The notes under the pieces: generated by a model | Seen by the model: the letters and a program-made list of their open reading frames with translations, nothing else | Database searches by the model: none | Told to the model about the DNA's origin: nothing | Part shown: positions 36,682 to 47,923 of the stretch, piece after piece | Position numbering within the stretch: the stretch's first letter is position 1 | Layout of the letters: each line of letters starts with the position of its first letter | NCBI GenBank assembly: GCA_010909165.1 | Contig: MU008153.1 | Span: 682,001 to 746,000, forward strand | DNA length: 64,000 nucleotides | Direction of reading: 5' to 3' | Source: Anthoceros angustus | Taxonomy: Eukaryota; Plantae; Anthocerotophyta | Position numbers and translations under genes: made by a program

Positions 36682-39600
36682 TCAGCTGAAGAGATTGCTG
36701 AACCCTTCTACCCCGCCAACTTTGACAAGGGAAGGAAGAGCTGTATGAATTGTTACGGGCGACGCCAGGAACCGGCCAATTGTGAGTCGAGGAAATCTCA
36801 ACCAAATCAATCTTGGACGCCAGTCATCGTCAATTTCGGAGATTGTGCTCACCAGTATCTCTGCCATTTTGGCAACTTCAGGGTTGTAATCCTGAACCGC
36901 CAATGCCATCAGCAAGATACTACGGAAGCTTTCAGACAATCAGACTACGCGTCTGCCATATGTTGAATGCGAGCAACCACCTGAGATAGATCAACAATCC
37001 GAATCACCACCTGCACACAAGACGGATTGGGCACCTTTCAGTTGTGGGCCGGAACTTTGCAAGCAGTGCAGACGTCAGAAATCCCTCACACACAAGCAAC
37101 ATGCCTTGGGGTCGGCAGTAAGCAGATCCTTGGTTGTTGGCTCAGTAAGCAAGAATTGTCCGAAGGTGTAAAGCAGCTGCAGTTGGTGGAGATCACAGTC
37201 AACACAAAATAGTGGCGACAGGATAGCGGTCTTATGGAAGTGCGAGAAATTACAGGTTTTTATTTAGCGAAGTGAAACGACCAGGTCACCTGAAGAGCTA
37301 ATTCCGTGTCGTGCCGGTTTTCCAAGAAAACATTAGACAACTTATGCACCTGCAATGATAAAAGCTACAGTGAGGACGAATTTGGTTTCAGGTGACCCCG
37401 TTGCACAGATGAGGGAGGTTGACGCGAAACCTCACCAAGCCTCCGCGTGAGATTAGAAGAGCATTCTCCTCGGAACAGATTCCACCAACAAAAATCGCAA
37501 TCTGAAGAACAAGGGAACGTCAGATGATCGAAATATCTCTATCAGAGAATTTCAGATCCTACTTAGAAAATTCTGGCTTTGACACCTCAAGCAGGAAATC
37601 GTCCTCCTTATTGCCCAGTTCAATGCGAGAATGCAAGAAATGGATCAGGGCAGTCTCCGCCAGTACAGTGTCAAAGCTTCCTTTGAGAGAACTAATGTTG
37701 TTCAAAATCCCCAGTATCTCCACCTTCAACAGAAGAGGTATCTGTGTGTTTAGAGTTTAAAAGAAGTCCTGGTACGGTCTGTCCACCAATTTGAGAAGAA
37801 TTACAGCAATGAAAAGTACTGTTGCTGATACTACTCTCGGTGCTATCTCTTAAAAACTTGTTTAACTCTCGAGTCTTCACAAACCTGAAGAGAAATGCTG
37901 TCTTCAGCTCCCATGAGAAGGCTCACTAGAGCCGGTATGAAGCTGTAATCAGGACAGGTCACAGATTAGAGGCTCAGTTTGTAGCAGCGAGTTTCTAACA
38001 ACCGCAAAAACGTCGGCATGTCAGCTGAAGTGATCCGAAACCAAAGAAATAAGCAAGTAAGCACAGGCGAGAAACTAATGAAGCAAATCCAATCAATCTG
38101 CTGCATATTGCCGTAAGACGACCTGGAAAGCGTGCAGTTGGCTTACTCTAACATGTGCGACTTGACTTCTTCGTGTCCGCTGATATTCCTTACAACCTGT
38201 GCAGTTGCAGTAGGGTATCACAGGTCACGAGCACCCCGGGTAAAGTAAGGACGTGAAGACAAAGTGAAGGGAAGCTGACTTTCAGAAGAAGAGGATCGTT
38301 GAAACGCATTGCTCGCACGAGAAGCTGTTTCAGTTCATCGGGCTCGCAGCTAAACTGCAGTCAGAGAAAGGCATATCAGATTGGGGCACAGCGACAAGCT
38401 AAATCGTCCTCATACGGGGGTGAGGGGCCGTACGTCAGCTGATCGTGGAGCAGAAGTCAAGTTGAGTGACAGTGCAACCACCTCCCCGGGAATTGCTTTC
38501 ATTGGTTGTGCGACAATCAACTGTAAGGTAACCCAGCCTCTCAGAAGGGTCCATTACTTGTCAAGCTGCTAACAGTCATCGCATCACAAGAATAGGTTGA
38601 TGCAAGATGCAGAACGACAGCAGACCTGAGTGTCAGACCTTAAGTGCAATAGAAAGAATGTCTGTATCTGCAAACTTCACTCGAAATTCAACATCTGTTG
38701 ATAGGTTATAGAGCACTCCAAAAACCTGTACAGGTGAAATAACTGGTTCAGAGAAAGGCGAAGGAGATGTATTTGAGGGTCAAGCCTTCTACTTCCAGAG
38801 ACGAATTAATTTCAGGACTAAGATCATCCCCTGAGGGCCGTGCACAAGATGAAAAAGCTTCAACATAACAGAGGGATGTACCCACTAGGTGCTCGAGCTT
38901 CTTCTCCTTCAATACAGCTTCCAAAGTCTGGATGAACTTACATTTGATCTGCACAACAAGTCATGTCCACAATTTTCACAGCCGTGCCATGCCTTCATCA
39001 AAAGCTTAAACACAAACCACAGTTCTAATGGCCTTACCATATCGCTCCTTAGATCTGCATCAAACGACAAATTCCAGAGAAGTCTAAGCACAGCAGTGAG
39101 GAGAGCCTGTAAGGTGAAGTATATACAACGTGTTTGTGTCAACGTTAGCAAATAATGTGAACATAGGCCAAACATAATACGATAAACAGTCACGGTGCCT
39201 GCAAATACCTCATGTCTGCAAGGTAACATTGCAGAAAGTCTGTATATGATACCGCATTCCTTCATTTTTTCCTTGTTCTCTTCAAAGACGCTCAGTTTTT
39301 TCAGAAATTTCACTGTTCTGAATTTGTACAACCAGATCAAGAGGGTTTAGGGTCCATGTGCAAACACCACAACCTTTCCAGATGAATACTGCTATAAGTA
39401 GCAAAACAAAACAGTGGAGACAGCCAGCGTACATGCTCAGCAGGGAAACATTCTTCCTGTTGAGAAGCTTGCATAGGTTCTCCTGAGCCAGAAGTGCACG
39501 TGTTAGCTCTTGGATATCCTTTCTACCTGTTGCTTTATGGGAAGGTGGACCTTTCAGAGATGAGTTCGAGTGGACTTACCACAAGCTTGTGTTTCTTCAT

Positions 39601-40762
39601 CTTCTTCTCCACAATGATGTCTTCGGCAATGTTGAAGAGCAGGTGAACTGACATATACAGCAATCTCTCCTGCATTAGTTCCAACAACCTGATGTGCTTA
39701 CGACAATGAAGACTAACATTGGAGAGTTGTTAGGCCAATCTCTCGGATCAAAGGCACCACCAGAAACACAAGCTTCCAGAAAGCAGACAATCATACCTGC
39801 TTGCTCATTTGCGGAACGGACGCGGTAGCTGCTAGAGATCTCTCTCTTTTGGAGATAACAGGCTCAGACAGAGATAATGCTCCTTCAACCTGGCCAGAAA
39901 CAGTCAGCCGGCACGACCTGAAGAAATTCCGTACCAATCCCGACAAGCCTTGGGCTGAGACCTACCGTCAACTGCAACTCCGATCTCTGGACCTCCAAGG
40001 CCATCATAGTTAGCGTTGTCTTCCCAACCTTCTGCTCCAAGAGCATCTGCAAAACCAGCACGTACGTCACACCTAGAGGACAATCTCCACGCTACTCCCG
40101 AACCGTGCCAATCTAACGGCCCGAACGAAAAACCTCGCACCTGGTGAAACTTTTGAAAGAGCGAAAACATGAAGAATGTGGACAGAATGTTGAACCGAAG
40201 ACTGAAGCTTTTCCTTCCCTCCTCACGCAGCACTCTGGCTATGGCACCCTGCCAGGAACAACCCGACCAGAAAACGCCTCTCAGCCAGTGAAATCAAGCT
40301 TGCGTCCGCGCGTCTAGAATTCCACCACTCACCACAGCACTGCCGTGAGTGGCAAGCGTATTCAGCCACTCCGTCCTGGTGGCCAAGATGTAGACCAGCC
40401 CGGTAGCCCGGATCTGCCGAGCCGGACGCAGTAATCCGATCAGATGAATGCACATCACCTACTACCAGAAACCTCATCCACACATTCCCCTCACATCCCG
40501 CACCTTGGCATCAATTCCCTCATACAGATCCGCCAAATACACATCCAAATCTTTCATCGCCGAAAACGAGGAAGCATGCCCGTTCAACACCAGCCACGGA
40601 TAATCCTCATCAGACCTGCACTCTCTCACGCATCTCAACCATGCAATCCTCCACACAACAACCACAGATTCAAGAAACCACGCCAAATTCTAAATCGCTC
40701 CTCTAGAATTCGCACCCGGCGTTTTCGGACGAGACGTAGCGTGACCGCAGTCGATCTCCCAT
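36682..40762 (-). CDS. KAP3: Kinesin-II associated protein (KAP3/KIFAP3/FLA3 homolog, ARM repeats), multi-exon
   Basis: MKDLDVYLADLYEGIDAKVR, ARVLREEGRKS..FFMFS.F..FH, KFLKKLSVFEENK..M and LRLLWNLSFDADLRSDMV match KAP motifs, as does D.NPEVAKM....ISEIDDDW. The 5' exon (ATG 40762) is tentative. Confidence 0.82.
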
Positions 40763-41168
40763 TGCGATCACACTATCAAGCACTCCAAAATCGCATTGCA
40801 TGAGTCGAATCGGGAGACGCAGCAAGAACCGATTCCATCACGCCTGTCGAAAGACATCCGACTTCTGCCATATCTCGTTGCCGATGCCGCTGAAGGTTCA
40901 TTGGAACTCGGACTTTGCAGCTGAATAATAACTGCTGAAAAACGCGGCAAAGCCAGGTCGTTAACACCCGACCTAAAATAAAGCTCGGATATGCATTCTA
41001 GTTATGTTATGTAGATAATGCACGTACATACTGTATCTTGTCTGTTGAAGTCGAAGCCATCTGGTATCTGTAGGATATTTACAAGCAATCGGCTAAGGGG
41101 AGAAAAAGAACAAGGAAGCATAGATGCCGAGGAGCACGAGGTGAAGGAAGGGATTCATCATCTGGAGT

Positions 41169-41768
41169 ATGTCGATTGCTAGTTTAGCGTGCCCTTGCCA
41201 GGCATTTGTCTGCAAGGAAGCTTCCGTGTCCCTTCCCTTGGCAGAGACGGGAGGAAGGTGGGCAGGATGGGGGAATTCCAAGGCAGGGAGGAGGAGGATG
41301 GCTGTGTCGGCATTGCAGACTCCCAAGGGATTCGGGCCTGAGAAAAAGGAGAAATCGGGGGGTAAGAGGAGCCCGGGGGAGTTCGAGCGGAGCCAGGAGG
41401 ATGTTGAGAAGAAGAGGAATCAGCAGCAGGATGAGGAGGGAGATGATGAGTTGGATGCGGTGCCCGAGGTGGTGACCAACCGGATGATGAAGAGGATCGG
41501 GCTGACAGTGGGCGTCCCGACGCTGGTGGGGATTCTGGCATTCCCGCTCTACTATTACGTGAAGGTGGTGCAGAAGGTGGAGGTGCCCGAGTGGCTGCCG
41601 CTCATCACTTCCATGTTCACCTTCGGGACTGCGGGGTTGGGGATCTCGTACGGGATTCTGTCTGCCAGCTGGGATCCTCAACGGGAAGGGTCCCTGCTGG
41701 GATGGAAGGAGGCCCAAGCCAATTGGCCTGTTTTGTGGGAGAATGTGTCGGGCAAGGGGAAGAAGTAG
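41169..41768 (+). CDS. PAM68: PAM68, PSII assembly thylakoid protein, single exon
   Basis: Acidic patch then VPEVVTNRMMKRIG..VG.P, YYYVKV..VPEWLP and GISYGILSASWDPQREGSLLGWKEAQANWP. Confidence 0.92.
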   Translation: MSIASLACPCQAFVCKEASVSLPLAETGGRWAGWGNSKAGRRRMAVSALQTPKGFGPEKKEKSGGKRSPGEFERSQEDVEKKRNQQQDEEGDDELDAVPEVVTNRMMKRIGLTVGVPTLVGILAFPLYYYVKVVQKVEVPEWLPLITSMFTFGTAGLGISYGILSASWDPQREGSLLGWKEAQANWPVLWENVSGKGKK

Positions 41769-42386
41769 TTGTGGATGGCATGGGGGAAATGTAAAGGAAC
41801 TTCAGCCAGCAGCTGGAGATGGAGATGCATTGGAGATTCAATGACATGTGAAACCATCATCTTCTTGTTGCATTGTGGATTGGCTGCTCTGATTGTAGGT
41901 TTTGAATTTGTGGACATTTTCTTCTTAGTAGAGGCAGAGGCATCTCGGAGGGCATGTGATGAGACAGTCTCTGCTCAGCCCTTCTAGGCCGTTGTATTTG
42001 TACTCGTTGCAGAGATATGAAATAGATTGACACTACGGTGCTGTGCTGTCGCAAGTGCGGCATAGCATGAAAAGGTTGCAATCAGTTCCTGAAATGTAAG
42101 AAAGGCAGCATGGTACTCCCAGCACGACCATGCTGCCTACCCGATTTTACGATTCAAAGATGGGATTCGTCTAAGACGCATGACAGTGCAGCCCCTCTGA
42201 GTGCAAACAAACACAACGGCCTTGTCGAATGAGGCAGATCAAACGAGTAGAGAAGGGAGAAGGATCGAGGCTGGCACGGCCACGGCGTTGCAAGGACTTA
42301 GGCGGGTGCAGATTTTGCTGAGCCCTCAAAAAACCCTGTGGAAACAAGCGTAAACCCTGCGGCAAAACCTAGAGGCAGGGGGCACC

Positions 42387-43878
42387 ATGGCAGCGCGGGC
42401 GGCGGAGACCGTGACCCAGCAAGCGTTCAGGGAAGTGCTGCATCGAGTCCACCAGGCGACAGCGAGGGCTGGCAGGCCGCCACATTCGGTACCCACAATC
42501 TGGAATGACCCACCCGGCACTGCAGGAGGAACAGGAATCGCAGGAAGCGGCTGATGGGTTTTCGTGGGGTTTTTCCTGTTGCAGGTGAGGCTGGTTGCTG
42601 TGAGCCAGGCGAAGGCGCCTTCGCGAATCAGAGAGGTGTATGATCTAGGGCATAGGCAGTTCGGGGAGAAGTTCGCTCAAGAGCTTCTAGACAAGGCTCA
42701 GGCGGTAGGTTCTGGGGCTGGGATGAGTGAAGGAAAGTGTTTTCTGGAAGAAGGGATGAACAAGAGCATGCTTGTTTGTTTCATATGCTGTGCAGCTGCC
42801 AGAAGACATCCAATGGCACTACGTCGGGACACCGGTGAACCAGAAGCTGAAAGCTATGCTCTGTGAGTATTGCTGCAGATTCCTGCCATTGACGACCTGT
42901 GGAGTAGCTGCCATGTCGAATTATCTGGCCACTGATTAGCTCCTTCTTGAAATTGCATTTCAGCCGGTGTTCCCAACCTCTACATGGTGGAAGGTGTGGA
43001 CAGTCCCAGGGTGCGTGAGTGAGATCAAGCTATGTGACCATTTGGGTGGACGTGAAGAGCTGGGATACCTTCCCCTTTCTGACATAGCCTCATGTTTGCA
43101 GGTTGCAAACATGCTGAACTGGGCAGTGGGTGCGGTCGGGAGACATCCTCTGAAGGTGCTTGTGCAAGTGAACACGAGTGGGGTAAGGGGTAAGTGACAG
43201 TGGAATGCAGCCAACCTCAAATTTGTTGTTTGTTGAGTAGAATCCGGATTTCACCAAAGTACCCTGGCATGTTTCGGCAGCACGCTCTGGAGTCTCGCCA
43301 TCAGAATGTGTCTGGCTTGCTCGGCATGTGCGAATGCAATGTCCGAACTTAGAGTTTGCAGGCTTGATGACCCTTGGAATGCCTGAGTACAACGATACCT
43401 ACACAGCCACTCCCGAAAGTCTCCAGGTAAAGTGTAATCTCATGCTGAACCTTTTAGCTTGGGGGCTGTGTGCCTTTTGAGAAAGTGATGACATGTTTGT
43501 TTGTGACTCGATCTGCGATGCGTTCCATGTGTTGCCGTCGTTCTAACTTCCAATGTTGCTCGGCAGATGCTGATAAATTGCCGTGAAGCTGTTTGTCAAG
43601 CTCTGCGAATGCCCCGAGAGTACTGTGAGCTATCTATGGGCATGTCTGCAGACTTTGAGCACGCAGTAAGCTCTGTTATGCAAACTTGGTGGTGTCTTGT
43701 TTGTTTTTTTGTTTGTTTGGTCTTGTTTTCATCTTTTAATGTGCCTGCATCGTGAACATGTGGTCTAATCTTCCAGATAAGTATGGGCAGCACCGGTGTG
43801 AGAGTGGGATTCTCGATTTTTGGATCTCGTGAATATCCTCCGCTACCAGCCAAGTTCTTGCAATATTTCCAGCAGTAG
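42387..43878 (+). CDS. PLPBP/PROSC/YggS-family protein, divergent, lacking the canonical PLP-binding Lys, 8 exons
   Basis: Spliced VRLVAVSQAK..FGEKFAQE..LPEDIQWHYVG..LKVLVQVNTSG..GLMTLG..ELSMGMSADFEHA|ISMGSTGVRVGFSIFGSREY. All introns are GT-AG and phase-compatible. Confidence 0.88.
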
Positions 43879-44133
43879 CTGGCCACAATTTTATTGAGAG
43901 AAGTTGCGTGGGAAACATTTGGAAGCCCAACATCGATTGGGCTTAGCTATGAGACTGAATCTTGTCTGTTCGACGGTCATGTATGGATGGGACTACTAAG
44001 CTGGGGTCATCGATGTGGCTGCGACTATCTAGGGGAGTGTAGGCCTGCCTGGAAAACTTGTCTACTTCTCCTGTAATCTGGGTTCTACAACTGGAGTCGC
44101 AACATATCACAGGCCAAGCTGTCTGGGAGTTAG

Positions 44134-45752
44134 TCATGTGGGGAGGGCATTGCTCCACTCTTGTTCTCCGTCCTGGTTCCTGCTGAGCCACATGAGGGCC
44201 ACACAGGAGAGTACTGTGACACACAGCAGAAGGCACCACTTTCTATGTGAGAGGGGGGGATGTCGGGACGCTGGTGGTGATCGGATCTGTAACCGAAGCT
44301 CCTTTGTGAGGATCTGGAATGCAGTTTCCAGTATATCTGCCTCGTCCCGGCTTATGTTGGATAGCTGCTCTCTGGCTTCTTGCCGAGCAGTATCGATGAC
44401 TTGTGCTGCGGCTTCTGTGTCCCCTGAGACCAAGCTTACAACAAGTCGGACAACCTTCCTCTCAGTCTTTGTCTCATGTGGTTGCGGTTTCTCCATTTTG
44501 GAGATGTCGCCGCTGTTCTTTCCTTGTTCCTCAAGGTTCTGTAGAAAGGTAATGCAGCAGTCTTGTTACTCCGACTCCGACTGGCCCTACATGAAGTATA
44601 TAGCATGTTCACTTGAGCGCATGTATGGTACCTTAGTTGTTTCGTCTTTAACAGTCTTGGTCTCTATAATGTCTGTCGTGCAATGGTCTGCATCTGGATT
44701 GGCCTGATCGAACCAGTACATACATAGTTAAAAGGCTAAAAGTGGACGTGCATTCTATCAACACCTGTCCCAGAGCGGCGGAAAATCAGGGAACGCTCTC
44801 CGTACCTTGAGGAAGACGAAGTTTTCCATCTCTGGCGTGTGCCTGTAGACCTCATGGCCCTCGTTGGTTCCCTCCGTCTGTTAACAAGCATCCAGCTTTT
44901 AGAACTGTGCGTTTAGGCATCCGTTGAACGAACAGAACGGGTCGACTACACGTGTCCAGAGCACATCCAAACAGATTCGAGACGAACCTGGACCGAAGTA
45001 GAGTCAATCTCAAGCTTTTGACGACTCGTTTGAGCTTCACCAGACTGCAGAGGTAACTAGATTGAAGGACAGGGCATCGCATCATCGGTCTTTCCATAAT
45101 CTAGACGTGTCTGCGCTTCCGCAAATCGGAGCAGAGAATATTAGACCTACCTCCATTTCAATGTCGATTTGAGAAATTGCCTCGACGACTTTTGCAGAAA
45201 CTGTCTGGTCAAGTCGTTCCTCAAACAGATCCACTGTCGCAGCGGCGCGCTGCATCGACAAGAGAACCTCACGATCAGTGCAACAATTTTCAGGAGTATC
45301 CATCGGAATCAGCAAGATTGAACATGAGATGCTGACATTGCTGATCTTTGTGGATTGCGTGAGCAATTCTGGATCAGCAACATCGAAATTGAGATGCGAA
45401 CTGGAAATGCAATCCACGTACTACATGCATGCAATTCAAACGCAGCTTCAATTTTGCTCTGGACAGGTCTCAATTCTCAGGAATCAGTTCAACGTTCCTG
45501 CACAGCAAAACGGACCTGATTCGCAGTAGAGCAATCCTGCTCGTCCGCAGGAGCCTGCAATTTCGCCTTACCGCCGAGAACGTTAACCGGCAGGGTTTGC
45601 TCCAGCTCGCTACCTGGAGTCTGGCTCTTGCTCCCGGCAGCCTTAAGGCCAGAAACCTTGGTCGGCGTAGCGGCGTTCTTGCAAAAGGGAGGCGTGAGTC
45701 GATGATTCGCCTTCTTGCCGCTGTTCCTCAGATAATTGGTGGAGAAATCCAT
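44134..45752 (-). CDS. Orphan tail-anchored protein with C-terminal TM plus ALPT, candidate plant KASH protein, about 6 exons
   Basis: A consistent phase-0 GT-AG exon chain starts at MDFSTNYLRNSGKK and ends WCLLLCVTVLSCVALMWL-SRNQDGEQEWSNALPT*. Confidence 0.7.
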
Positions 45753-46097
45753 GTTGGTGGAACGGAAACGTGAACTGGAGTGGCGCGAAGCGAACGCTTA
45801 AGCGCGCCGTCGTCGTCGTCTTCATTTTTCACCAGCGCTTCCTCTACGGTCTAAAAATAGATTTAACCGGCGTCAAAATAAACATCTGACAGGCTGGAAG
45901 TGTGCTGCGCGACCATGTCGGATCCATTGTCTTGCTCCTCAAGCCTTGTGCGTCCCGATCCGATCTGCGTGCAAGAGCATAAATCGTGCAGGGAAAGCAG
46001 CGCTTCTGGAAGCTGGAGCTGGCTCGATCCATCCCGCGAGGAGGCAAGTGATTGCACTGCGAATTGAATCGAGTCCGGGAAGCTTGCATTCGGCGCA

Positions 46098-47530
46098 ATG
46101 AACCTGTTTGGCCTGGGCAGGTAGATCGCCGAGCTCCTGGATGCTGATTTCCAAGGCAGGTTTCATTTTGGATGATGATCAGGATCCTGTGATTTCTGGC
46201 TTGATTTCAATTGTGAGTGCGGCGTGAAAGGCATTCATTTTCATTTTCTCTTGAGAGTATGTCTCCGAGAAGGTGATGAGTCTCTGCGAGTGATTTGCTT
46301 GTGCAGGAATCAACGGACTTTCCGCCCTAAAAAGAGCGCTCCCACTGGAAGCAAGGTTGGTGTTGGTGGAGTGTAGGGTTGGCCACTCTCATATTGCTCA
46401 TTGCAGCATTGATCTGAGTTGTTTGCTGTTCTTTATTGAATCATGTTGTCAGAACCTTTGCTTCCTCGTTTGCCTGGCATCTTACTGCTGCAGCTGGCAA
46501 CAAATTTTTGCAGGGAGCGCAGCTTCGGAAGCACATCGATGCGACTCTTGGTAGTGGTAATTTAAGGGAAGCCGTGCGGCTTCCTCCAGGAGAAGACCAC
46601 TTCGAATGGCTTGCTGTGAATAGTGCGTCCTTTGTTCTCGACTCTCCTCAAGCTGCGGTTCTCTTTCTCTGTTGTCCAAGTTTACTGGCAACGATTCTGC
46701 AGTAGGATCCTGACCAAGATTCTTCTTGATCCGATTATGCGTTCTGCAGCTGTCGACTTCTTCAATCAGGTGAACATGCTGTTTGCCACTCTGACGGAAT
46801 TCTGCACTCCGGAGAATTGCCCCACCATGACTGCTGGACCTAAGTAAGTGCTGTAACATCATCTTACTGTTCCCCTCGCTATTTGATCAGAGTTCCAACA
46901 AGCAATAGCCGGCCAACGTATCATGTCCTGTCACGGTTTTCCGCAGATACGAATATCGATGGGCAGACGGTGTGACGATCAAGAAACCTTTGGAAGTTTC
47001 GGCTCCTAAATATGTCGAATATCTGATGGACTGGATCGAGGGCCAACTGGACAATGAGTCCATCTTCCCACAAAGACTAGGTCTCGGATGCTTCTATCTT
47101 CTTTCAACACCTGGAGGTGATCTGACAGTGCGGATGGAGAATCATCCAAGGTCTCTACTAACATATCCAGGTTCTGTTTTTCATCACCTGCAGGAGCCCC
47201 ATTCCCTTCAAACTTCGAGGATCTGGTGAAGAACATCTTCAAGCGGCTGTTCCGCGTGTATGCCCATATCTACCATTCACATTTCCAAAAAATCGTGAAT
47301 CTCAAAGAGGAGGCTCACCTCAACACCTGCTTCAAACATTTCATCCTTTTCAGTAGCGTGAGCATAGTTTCTGTCCTTCTCTCTTCCTCGTTCCGCTTTG
47401 AACAGCATTTCCTTCCCAATCTCTTCTCACGGGATGTATTTTCTTAATGCAGGAGTTCAAGCTGATTGACAAAAGGGAGCTTGCACCTTTGCAAGAGCTC
47501 ATCGACTCAATTTTCCTTCCAACATACTAA
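46098..47530 (+). CDS. MOB1: MOB kinase activator MOB1
   Basis: MNLFGLG|RNQRTFRPKKSAP..GAQLRKHIDATLGSGNLREAVRLPPGED..WLAVN, YRWADG, IFKRLFRVYAHIYHSHF and ELAPLQELIDSI. Confidence 0.95.
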
Positions 47531-47923
47531 CAGCCGAGCCTAGCAGCATTTTTCATTATTAGTACAGACCTTACTTGTCGGTTGGAGCTTTGCTAAGTTA
47601 TTGGTCGAGGTCTGAACGCTTTCCCATGGGATTCTTTTGGCTCATATCTGCGTAATGTATGTACAGTATGTGTATGTACTTGGAGTCTAAGTAGGATATG
47701 CCACATGGCTGCCTCCTAGGATAGGCTGGAAGTAGATATAGGCTCGCGCGAGATCTAGGTGCATAAAGAGGCAGCCTCTCTTGTGGTGTTGAGTGTCAGG
47801 CATAAACAATCAACGAGGCCCTTGCTCCAATGGTGAGTCTTTTCCGCCTCCACGTCCTGCGTAGAGACTGGAAGAGCCCGAAGTAGTCTCCCTGCTAACA
47901 GGGGCTCCGGCAGGCACTTGGGT

